This document shows positions 41,093 to 52,068 of a stretch of 64,000 nucleotides of DNA, in pieces (positions within the stretch are counted from its first letter, which is position 1; each line of letters opens with the position of its first letter). This DNA is from Lytechinus pictus (taxonomy: Eukaryota): positions 37,882,001-37,946,000 of the forward strand of contig NC_087252.1 of the NCBI RefSeq assembly GCF_037042905.1, read 5' to 3'. Both the position numbers and the translations under genes were made by a program. Under the pieces are notes generated by a model. The model saw only the letters and a program-made list of their open reading frames with translations, did no database searches and was not told the DNA's origin.

Positions 41093-43261
41093 TTAAGTAT
41101 ATGACATAAAGGTTCGCTTATCAATTCGATGACGAGTTTAACCATTTTTTTAGAACACTCATCAAGATCCAGGGCTTTGTTGCTATAGAAACACAATGAA
41201 TAAAACAAATAACAACAAAAACAANNNNNNNNNNNNNNNNNNNNNNNNNNNNNNNNNNNNNNNNNNNNNNNNNNNNNNNNNNNNNNNNNNNNNNNNNNNN
41301 NNNNNNNNNNNNNNNNNNNNNNNNNNNNNNNNNNNNNNNNNNNNNNNNNNNNNNNNNNNNNNNGAGTATTATAACAGTTCCTGAATGAAAAAAACAAACA
41401 AATAAAACAAATAATGATTTAATCAATCAACAGAAGCAGTATGGATCAATCAGTCGATTAAGGAACGCTACTGGCCCAACCGTCCTTTAGGCTCGGCCCC
41501 GCTGCACTTACGGATGCAAAGAGAATGTAAAGCGGAACAAAATCTTGCCATCCGTTGGAAAACGCTATGCATCCGTTAAGTACTCATTGTGATTTCATCC
41601 GCGCAAGAAGTTTTGAGCTGCACAAGACTTTTAAAACGGATGAAATTTCCCCCATGTACGATGTAAATCCGCATCATATACGAGCAAAAAAGTAAACGTT
41701 CTATGTCCATTATCATCCGTTAAACGTCCGCTGTATCCACTCCGCATCCTCTGTACATGCTCGCAACTCACATCCATTGAAGCTGAACAACGGAAAGAGG
41801 GAGAAAAGATAGGGTACATGGGACGTATATACTGTACATCGTTAGTATCACGGAAATAGAAAGTATGGATTTATATAAGCGAATGCATCTCGTAAATAAA
41901 GTATTCAAAACCCTCGGTAGCCTTTTCGGACCTGCCATCCACTTCCATCCGTTTTTATCCGCTAGGTTTCCGATGAACATCCGTTAACACCCGCGCTACA
42001 TACTATCCATGTCCGTTCTTTTCCGTTATGTTTCCGCAAAACTTTCTCAAATTTTGTCAATTTCTTGAGCGGATGAAAACGGATGGAGCCACCCCCATAA
42101 CTTTGCTCGACCACTGCCTCCTTTATGAATGCATTTTATTTTCGTCAGCCAGTGGGACAGGAAGGGTGCTGCACTCAACCCAGGTGAGGTGAATGGGTAC
42201 CTGGCAGGAATTTATTCCTTGAAACGCCGAGCGCTGGAAAGGCTGCTTGAGCTACAGCCGGGATAATAATATCCAAGTAGATTGGAAGCGCATAGAGCCG
42301 TTATTCATAATGTGTTATGCGCTATACAAGAACTGACTATTATTATTATTACCGCTAAACTTTCAGTAGCTAAAGCGTTTGCCGTTAGATGGCGCTCTGC
42401 AAGATTCATTTCCCCGCCACAATAAGCTCTTGAACATGTTGAACACCGACAGATTTTGCACTGTGAACATCTGATTACCCAGGTACATTACGTATAGCTT
42501 GTATCTCCTTTTGACTAAAACTAAGAATATTTCCACTCGATTACACAAGCTCCGTATTCTCTCTAAATTCCTTCGATTAGAATTTGATCCTAGTTGGGAA
42601 TCAATCACAGTAAAACGCTGCAAGTTTAAATTTTTAACACAACGTTGTTTACTATATTAACCTTACATCGTAGCTGTTCAGGTACTTAAAATGAGTGTAT
42701 AAAATCTTAAACAACAAAGTTCAAAATGCAATACTTAATTCTGAATGAATATTAAGCATGGTTGTTTAAAATGTTAAACAACTTCTGTTAGAACGGCGTT
42801 GTATAAAAGTGTTAAACAGCGCTTATAATGAAATGTATAGAGTGAGAAAAATGTTATGTAAATAAAGACTTTCAGCCTTATTTGTGATAAGCTCCATCAT
42901 CGAAATTAGAGGGTGGTTAACTTTAAGAATATTAAGGCCCGTACTCTGAAGTCAGGTTTAACTTAAACCATGTTCTAAGTCTGTGCTAAAATGATGGGGA
43001 GCCAAACATTCTAACATTCTGTTTATGTTGTATACTTCTTATGTTTACTATTTTGTTTCCTTTTGCTTTCATAATGTTGAAAAATACTTCAGTTATCATT
43101 CCCAGACTATTTGGGTGTCGTATGAGTTGATAAATTGGATGTGTACTGTTGGGGATTTGTGCCCCAATGGCTCTCCATAGTTGAACCACAACTTGAAACC
43201 AGGGTCTGATTTAGACCCGAGTTCAGAATAAGGGCCATTAAGTTTAGGAATTTAGTCCGAT

Positions 43262-43530
43262 TCATAATAAATAATAATAATAATAATAATATGCAACATT
43301 TATATAGCGCTTAATACAAATGTTTCTAAGCGCTACATACTATTACCCCGGCTTTAGCACGGCTACCCTGATCGGGCGCATCGAGCATTCAAGGAATTCC
43401 TTCCTACCGGCCAGAGTGGCAAATGTAGATAAACGCCTTGCCAAAGGACGCTAGTGCTGTGATTGGATTTGAACCCGGACCTTGTGGTTCACAGTCTGGA
43501 GACTTACCCACTGAGCAACGACACCTCTAC
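43262..43530 (-). mobile_element. tRNA-derived SINE
   Basis: On the minus strand: tRNA-like head (GCTCAGTGGGTAAG...GGTTCAAATCC), body shared with other copies, (ATT)n tail. Confidence 0.75.
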
Positions 43531-43789
43531 AATCGGTAGTTTTCACAACCACTACGCACTAGACATTTCCTGGAACGTGGAGAATCTATTCTCAAAAATC
43601 CTTCATGACGAAGCAGTCTTTGTCGAAATTCGGTGAATCAAAACAGCAGTGTCGTCAGTGACTCTGGACAAACCGCATATTTGTAATTTTTTGTCAGCTC
43701 CGAACCTTATGACGACCAGCGGAGGGTTGAGGATGCATATTTGGAATCCAGTTTACACGAAGTGATCGCTGCTATGTCAGGAAAACGAC

Positions 43790-45533
43790 CCAGAGGATAA
43801 GATATGTGCAACTATCGTCCAATTTCACTTCCTACACATCCATCTCAAAGTTACTTGAAAAAAATGATGTGCTCACACTTAATCAAATTTTAACTGACTG
43901 TCAAATATTATGTGATTCTCAGTTTGGTTTTAGGAAAAAAAAACAATCAACTGTTCATACTTTACTTTCTTTTCATGATAAGGTTGCATGTGCGGTTGAT
44001 AAGTAATTACATGCTATTGGTATATTGGTGGACCTTTGCAAGCCCAAGGCCTTCGACTTGACCAACCATTAGACCTATACTTTGTTATATAAATTATCAC
44101 ACAATGGTATTCGTGCGAAGGCCTTGGATCGGTTCAGGAGGTACCTCACTGTCTTCTCGTAGACGATTTTTTTCTTATGCGGGTACAAGACACTAGTTTG
44201 AAATTGATATCTCGCGGAGTACCCTAAGGAACACTCCTTGGTCCCTTACTTTTCATTCTTTACATTAATAATTTGAAAAATTCTTCCAATATTTTGTCAT
44301 TTATTTTGCTTGCTGATAATTGATTTTTTTTCCATCTCACCGTGACCCCCACACACTGCTTAATCTATTGAAAAGAGAACTTCAATCAGTAATATTTGGT
44401 AATTCTCTTAAAAATCTACCTGGTCAAGCAATTATGGATAATGTCAATTTTATATTTACCAAATTTCCTGAGCTCTACATTGATCATGATTTGTCTTGGA
44501 AGCGTCACATTAATTACTTATGTAAATTGATTTCTAGAAATATTGGTATTCTAAACAAACTAAAAAAAATTCTTGATTATATACCATTAAACTTATATAT
44601 GACTCTCATTTCATCACGACTAAATTATGGAATATTGACTTGGGGCAATACTAACAAGACCTTATTAGACATGTTATTTAAATTGAAAAAGTGGGCTCTG
44701 CATGCACAAATCAATTTTCCAGAAAAATAATAAAATCCTGAAAATTCATGAACTATACGAATTTTACCTGGGGTATATTTATGTTTTAACCCTCAAAAGA
44801 CTATCTACCGGAAATGTTTCATCCTTATATCAAAGAAACAGCATCATCCATTCTTAGCCTACCCGCCAAAGGGACTCATTCCACCTTCCACCTATCGTAC
44901 GTTATTTGCTAAAAGAACGATTTCATTTGAAGGACCTAGGTTTGGAACCATCTTCCAAACGAAATAACTAGCTGTTTATATTTAAATACCTTTAAACTGT
45001 TAAATGTAAATTGAAATCCTTTCTTTTATAATGGACTAACTTAAGACGCACTGGCTGAACAAAATGTAAGATGTATTTGCCTTGAACCCTTTTTCTGACT
45101 AAAATATCAGAAATGTGACAAGACATAATCAGCTGCACCCTGCTGACTACTTGTCAAGTCAGTTTGACTAATTTGTTTTAAAAGAGTGTATTCTGCGTTG
45201 GTTTTGAATTTTTCTCTTTCTTCGCACATTCCCCTCTCTCCTATTATCCAATTTCCCTCACATTCTTTACCCCACGATTTCTTAATGCTTAACTTTGGCC
45301 CTTCCAGATGAATGTAGTCTAATATTTTTGTATGTGTCCGATCTCCTTCCTGCTGACTTTACAAATTTGTTTTATTTATGCAGATTCCTTCATATTTCAC
45401 TTTCATTTATTGCCATCGTCATAATCTTCTACATATATTCTGAGTTACAATCAAATGAATTTCTTGTATTTTGTTGATATTTTGTTATATATTTTGTAAA
45501 GTATGAGAACATATTCAAATCAAATCAAATCAA
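43790..45533 (+). mobile_element. Decayed 5'-truncated CR1/L2-clade LINE (RT domain and 3' tail)
   Basis: Frameshifted remnants of NYRPISLL..ISKLLEK, QFGFRK..ST, DL.KAFD, GVP.G..LGPLLF.LYIN, (F)ADD, L.W..HI, LNYG...WG; ends in (AAATC)n. Confidence 0.85.
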
Positions 45534-45784
45534 ACATGTGAAATAATAGCGGATAATGTTTGAAGTTGAAATTATCTTTATCAATACACGCTCAAAGTGT
45601 ATACGAATTGGCCTACCATGAATAGTGGATAGTTATCAATCAGAAAATATTATTTACACGAATCCCTAGAAATCCCCCCCCCCAAAAAAAAAAAAAAAAT
45701 TATATATGCAATCGACATGATATTCCTCTTGATTTGAGCTTGGGCGTCTGAATATCTTTGTGACTTTTACAAACAGCCAATTAA

Positions 45785-46402
45785 AGGTCAAGTCCACCCC
45801 AGAAAAAATGTTGATTTGAATAAAAAGAGAAGAATCAAACTAGGATATCGCTGAAAATTTCATTACAAAATCGGATGCAAAATAAAGTTAAAACAATTAA
45901 AAGTTTAGCTTATTTTTTTCACAATACACTGACATGCACACTTCAGTGACGTGCAAATGGGAGAGTCGATGGTGTCTTCCACTCACTACTTTTTTTTTTT
46001 TAATCATACAATATATCATTTTTTACAGATTTGACAATAAGGACCAACATGGCTGAAGCATATACTAATTTCACGGGTTCAGGGAGGAATTAATCGGTTT
46101 TTTTTACTTGACAATGAGGAAAAAATAGAAAATTTCATAAAATAAAATACAAAAGAAATAGTGAGTGGATGACGTCATCAGTCTCCTCATTTGCATACCG
46201 ACCAGGATGTGCATATAACTGTTTTGTGAAATTAGGCAAAACTTTCAAATGTCATAACTCTCTTATTTTACATCCGATTTTGAATAGATTTTCAGTGTTA
46301 TGCTTGTTGGATTTTTCTCTTTTTATTCAAATCAACTTTTGGTTGGAGTGGACCACTGAACTAGAGATACGTATCTCTAGTTCAGTGGAGTGGACTTGTC
46401 CT
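45785..46402. mobile_element. Kolobok-like MITE family 1 copy with a palindromic micro-insertion in its right TIR
   Basis: TTAA|AGGTCAAGTCCACCCC; right TIR interrupted at 46353-46388. Confidence 0.8.
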
Positions 46403-47555
46403 TTACCTAGATTGCAGTAACGTTAGATGGCGCTCTTCATGTTTTAAATCTCCCCACAATTTAATTGTTGGTATTGTCTTACATAATATGGAGATATAAA
46501 TATATATATTTCTTTTTATTATGAGATAGCCTATTCACATCTTTGATAAACAAATTATTTTTATATATCAATTTTATTATCTGCTCAGAACTTAAAAAAA
46601 ATTTGTTTTGACTTTTTCATCATGCAATACCGCATTATTATTCAGTAAATACAAGTGAAATTAATTTTGTTTGTTTGTATTATGGGTTATGATAATCTTT
46701 GTTAAAAAAATGTATATCACAATGTATAATATTCTAGTTGTTATATTGCTGTATGTACTTCACTTTATTTTGTATTTTTTTTTATTACCCTTGTATGTAT
46801 GAAAAATGTACTATCATCTGAATATAGGCTAAACAGCTTCAAAAATCCCAAAAAGCTCATGAAACTGAATTATTTTGTCATTTTTGTTGCTTCAAAAATC
46901 GGCACAAATCGCTGTTCCGTAGCCACTAAAATTTTTACTGAATGGAACTTCTCCCCACCGCCCCCATAAAAATAAATCGTACAAATCCATACCACAAAAT
47001 GAATCAAAAACAGCAAAAGATAATAAAAACTTTGAAAGAAAAAGTTGGCAGATGGCATTATTTTAAAGAAGAAACTTGATCAAGACGAATGGTTCCTTTT
47101 GGATGATATCGTTTTTAATCGTTAAATATGATTTTCCCACAGTCAGGTCTAAACAATAATGATAATAATATTAATTACAAAGATTGCCCAACGAGATTCT
47201 TCTTAATTTTCCTCCATGTTCGTCGTTAAGAAAAAAAAACTATCATGACTACAGAACGATAATATTTGATAATATAGGGCTTAAAACAAACACCGCACTG
47301 CATTTATCATGTTTATACAACACAACTTTCCTGGCTTAAAAGAGCAGCTGTGACCTGTTGTCTATTGAGAATAAGAAAAGCGTAAAGATAAATGTTTGAA
47401 CATATGCATTTATGTTATGCAACAATATATTCATTTTTCCGAATGATATGCGTTTCTATATTTTAGTTTCTTTCAACAGAAAGTTCATTTCGAGATTCCA
47501 AGATTGTAGTTCCTTCAATCGTAATCTTGATAATTTCATCCTGGAAGGAAAAGGT

Positions 47556-48276
47556 CTACTTAGTTAAATAAATTTTAGAAAGATTGACATCATTGTCATC
47601 CCTTGCAATCGGATGAAAAGTAACACTCTTCTCTTCGCCTAGAGGCTTGAATGTCAAGTTTCTATTAGCCAGTCCCATCCGTATCTTTTCGTGTGGTATC
47701 ATGGGCATGAATTGGCCGTATGCTTCAAGCAGTTGTTCCATCGTGTCCATGACCCTACGCTCGATCGAATCTCCCTTTTCCACGTAACAATGATTGTCTT
47801 TGATGTAGACCATGTTCCCTTCTTTGTAAATCATTGCAAACATCCCCTCTTCAAACATTTTCAGCTTTGGTCGCGGAAGAGCGTTGAAAACGTACGACAT
47901 CGGCTCCTTGAAGTGTTCCAGATCGCAATCAGTATCGATATCCATTTCCGATATCAATCTCCAGTTGGACGGGTGGGCGTGGTCATCTAAAAGAGCCATG
48001 TCAAGGTCACCTTGGCGAATCACGTGATAGCGTTGCAGGTACTTCTGACCAATCAGTTTGAATCTGTAAACGAGAAAAGAGTCTTGGTACACCGGACTGT
48101 CTTCACCGAAGTTAAGCGGAATAGGGTAGAACGTCGGATCCGATGCACCAACTTCGACGATATGACATTGACCTTTGACCTCGGCATCGTGCACAATGTT
48201 GGTCACGTGATATCTGTCATGGCCCATGAACTTTCCACCAATCAGGTGAACGTTGTATCCCAATGCAGCTAGTAGT
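47556..48276 (-). CDS. NAT: Arylamine N-acetyltransferase-family protein, exon 2
   Basis: Acceptor tattctactacag; joins as ...ELNIFTNR-LLAALGYNV (the NAT CxELN..LLxxLG[FY]xV motif). YHVTNIV (His), IVEVG, P..PIPL. Total CDS 1215 nt = 404 aa. Confidence 0.9.
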
Positions 48277-49122
48277 CTGTAGTAGAATACACAAGAACCG
48301 TGCGTTAGGAAAAAAAATGACTCACGTGACATCATGGTATCACAACAGGGCGAGCTCTGAGCAATTCTAATAGTAAAGATTACCAGCGGGACTTGTGTCA
48401 CCTGTATAATAGCCCCACTTGTTCTTGTTATAAAAATCAAAGTCCGGAGCCGCGGTACGGTCCCGAAAGGGGAAAGGGGAGGGGGGGGGGGGACTGAAGC
48501 TCCCGAAGCCAAAACATAACAAAACGAAAAAAAAGGGTCGAAAGTCCAAAAGGAAGGGCATTTTGTCTTCCGTAATAGCTTGCCAAGCAGAAAGCGAAGC
48601 AAAAACAAATCAAGACAAACACAGGAAAGGTCATCATTGTGAAATGGACAGGTAGAGAACATTTTGTCTCCCGAAAGCTTAATAAGCAAAGGGAACAATA
48701 ATAGTAATGCTTGATAAAAAAATAAAACAAATAGGTTCATGATTCACAAATGAAAATAATTTTGTCCCCGAAAATCTTGACAAGCAAAAAGCATATAAAA
48801 CATACAGCGTTGGTTCTGTGATCAGTTCTTTACGATGTACCTATATATCTATGCGTAAATAAATCCTAAAATCCAGATCGACTGTGAGTGATTACAAGCA
48901 AAGGATATGTTTTGAGGGTTCAAATTAAATCCAGAGTTCTGAAATTTGCCAGCCGCTGCTGACTTATATCTGTTTACGTACGATAGCTTTATTATTTTAC
49001 GCAACATTTTGCTCTTTGTGCTTCATTTCTTCTTAATAAGGTTTTGTAATAAATAACCAGGCTGTTTGAAATAAAATAATTGAAATGAATGAATGAATAA
49101 AATTTAAGAGTATGTGTCCGAC

Positions 49123-49232
49123 CAGTGGCGGACTGTGACCGGAGTAGACAAAGCATTGGAGGGGCACTGCATTGTTCACAAACAATAGTGCCCCTCCAAT
49201 GCTTTGTCTCCTCGGGTCACGGTCAGCCCCTG
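49123..49232. mobile_element. 110-bp hairpin hAT MITE in the NAT intron
   Basis: TSD TGTCCGAC on both sides; near-complete palindrome (GACAAAGCATTGGAGGGGCACT / AGTGCCCCTCCAATGCTTTGTC). Confidence 0.85.
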
Positions 49233-49580
49233 TGTCCGACGAAGTAATAATAACGGCCAAAATTTACCAAATAATTGGTTGGGATTTACCCAAATTCTGA
49301 CTGAGTTTGAGTACTAGTTTTGGTTGGACACTAGTTCAGTAAATCCGTAGGCTATTTTGACAAACAGTTTTAAAGAGTGTTTTAGACTAAGGTGATACCA
49401 AAAACGATATCTTCATTTTGAAAAAAAAAAATGTTCCACCGTAAATCAATTCTTAGCCAATCATTGATCAATACGTATGGCCGTCGCAAGCCACCCTAAG
49501 GAAAGGAGATCCAGCGATTAGCAGGACTCGATCACCGTACGGTCACCTTACGATAATCGTGGACTGGGCATTTAACCTAC

Positions 49581-50074
49581 CTATTCGTGAATATATTAAG
49601 TTCATAACAGACTCCACCTTGACCTTGTAGCATCGCCTCTTTAATCTCGTTGACAGAAGGAATTTTCCTCTCGGACAATGGAATAGCATACGTGTTAGTG
49701 ATATTCTGGAATGGCTGGCAAAAGTGGGTCTTCAGCGTTATTTCCCGAAGTAGTCCGAGGCGATCTTGTTTTAGCTTCGTGTGCGCCGAATGGATGCCGA
49801 GTGTGTGCCGAAGGTAATGGGATACCTCCTCGGATGACAGCCGAAGTGATTCTAAGGTAGCTGGTTGTGACTTTTGAGTACATTTTAGTCTCTCATTATT
49901 ATCTGTCTCGCGATCAACTAGCTTGGAAAGTTTACTGCATGTTCTAGTTGCGTGACATACCTGAGTTAGCTCGGTGATTGTGTTACGGCGTAACTCGGAG
50001 AGTGACCATCGTAAACTCGAGGGTGCAGTGGCGGGAAATAAACGCAAACCAACGGACAGCCCGTGGGGAAACAT
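49581..50074 (-). CDS. NAT: Arylamine N-acetyltransferase-family protein, exon 1 (N-terminal extension, PFQN motif, catalytic Cys)
   Basis: First in-frame ATG at 50074, with an in-frame TGA upstream. HYLRHTLGI..QPFQNI..GQGGVCYELN; donor AG|GTAGG (phase 2). Confidence 0.85.
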
Positions 50075-50222
50075 CACGAATACTTCGCCAGTATCTCAGG
50101 CATGCACTGATGTTCTATATGCGAAGCACCCAATTCCTATCTGGAATTCGTTGCCAGTTGTCTTCTTCAGGATCTGCAGGCCCTATTGAGGCTTCAAACT
50201 ACGACCTATGCAACAAGATGCA

Positions 50223-50232
50223 TTATATATAA
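50223..50232 (-). promoter_or_regulatory. Possible TATA box of the NAT gene
   Basis: TTATATATAA ~150 bp upstream of the NAT ATG. Confidence 0.35.
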
Positions 50233-50358
50233 GTAAACAAATCAGTACTATTGTGATATAGCTTGTCAACCATAACAGTGTTAAAATAGGAGTTCACATT
50301 GGTGGCCAGATTGGACATGACCCGAATTCCAGAAACTTGAAATTCTATCGAGTTGACT

Positions 50359-51193
50359 CAGTGGCGTAACTACGGGGGGGGGGGGGGCACGGGGTGGGGA
50401 CACGTACCCCCCATCGGCTGGCAAAAAAAAAAGGGAAAGGAAAAAAGAGGGAGAAAGAAAGATAAACGGAGTGGGGGGAAATAAATTAGTGTTTATTTTT
50501 ATATACTATATTATATTACATAAATAGTTTGTTCATAACTTTATGAAAAATAATTTGATTATGGCCTATGTGTTCATTATTTTTTTTTTCTCACTTTGTC
50601 TGTTTATTGAGATATATAATCATATTGTACTAAAAACATACCGTTTTCGAGTTAATATACACCAAATATATTTCCTTGCACTTCGAGTTATTATTATTTA
50701 ATGAAGTGACATATGCTTCTTTTTCATGACCAAAAGTGATTGCCCCTTTTTAAGTCTGAGCATAACATATTTCCAGTCCGTGCTTACGTTCGCATTTGTG
50801 GATTGGTTAGATATGTCTGCTTTTCATGAATTTCTAAATTATAGTCATTAAAACGTCCCTGTTTGGAGTTGATATATTAAAAAAATTCAGATCACGCTTC
50901 GCGCTCGCATTGTTTGTTTTATAGTGAGAAAGGTACGTATTATGATAACAACAATATGCTAATAATGACCCCCCCTTTTTTTAAAGGTCTGATTAAAAAA
51001 ATAAATCCAGCTCGCGCATCGCTCTCGCATTATTTTGATCAGTGGGATACATTTAATCCGTTTAATGGCACAGTCCTTAAAATGTCTCCATTAGGTCAGT
51101 ATAACTGGAAATTGAGAGAGCTTCGCTCGCCCACCAAGTAACTCAACATTTTTGCTGGTGCCCCCAAATGCAGTGACCCACGGTACGCCACTG
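50359..51193. mobile_element. hAT-type non-autonomous element with 8-bp TSD, just upstream of NAT
   Basis: TSD AGTTGACT on both sides; TIR CAGTGGCGTA / TACGCCACTG. Confidence 0.88.
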
Positions 51194-51569
51194 AGTTGAC
51201 TGTCATCCAGCATCCTTTTGCCCGAATACCAGGCTCGGAACCAGGGCTCCATAGCACAAAGGCTAGCGATTAATCGCTAAATGGAATGGCCTATCAAGAC
51301 CATCGTTGCATGTACATTTCGCTTAACAGACTGACTGGGAGCCAATGAGAACCGTTCTTTTAAAACTAGCGATCAATCACCAACGTTTGTGTTACATGGA
51401 TCAAAATATATACATTTAAGATAATTTTACAGATAAAACGGAAGAAGTAGCCCTGTCCTGAGAGGATATCTCTGCTTTGATCATATTCACTTCCGGAGTC
51501 TACGCTCTAAATGTCAAGGATTTAAAATAAATCCAGGTCAGATGTGAATAGTGACCAGCCGAATGTTAG

Positions 51570-52068
51570 ATTGAGATATAAACCTTATGGATTTGAATAT
51601 AAATCTAAAAGATTTGAATTTTGATATTTTGAGAATCAAAAGTTAATCCTTAAGATTTAAAATAAATTCAAATTTCGGCTGGTCACTATTTACAGCCGAT
51701 CTGGCTTCATGTTAAGTCCTTGACAATTAGAGTATAGCTAAATGAGGATGCGGGATCTACTATTTCGAGGGGGGGGGGGGGGCTAGAGCCAGCCTCACAT
51801 AAACGTTATCATCCCATTGAGATATAAACCTTATGGATTTGAATATAAATCTAAAAGATTTGAATTTTGATATTTTGAGATTCAAAAGTTAATCCTTAAG
51901 ATTTAAAATAAATTCAAATTTCGGCTGGTCACTATTTACAGCCGATCTGGCTTCATGTTAAGTCCTTGACAATTAGAGTATAGCTAAATGAGGATGCGGG
52001 ATCTACTATTTCGAGGGGGGGGGGGGGGGGGGCTAGAGCCAGCCTCACATTATAAACGTTATCATCCC
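51570..52068. repeat. Near-identical direct duplication of ~246 bp
   Basis: Copies start at 51570 and 51816 and differ by G-run length and about 2 small changes. Confidence 0.9.

Noticed and set aside
2596-46420. Recurrent short ORFs of the type CFVKLSETLKCHNFLILHPILMKFS
   Set aside because: These are translations of the inverted arms of the Kolobok-like MITE copies, not a gene family.
48277-48740. N-terminal part of the 394-aa ORF 47556-48740
   Set aside because: Intronic read-through. NAT homology starts at the acceptor at 48276, and the catalytic Cys is in the upstream exon.
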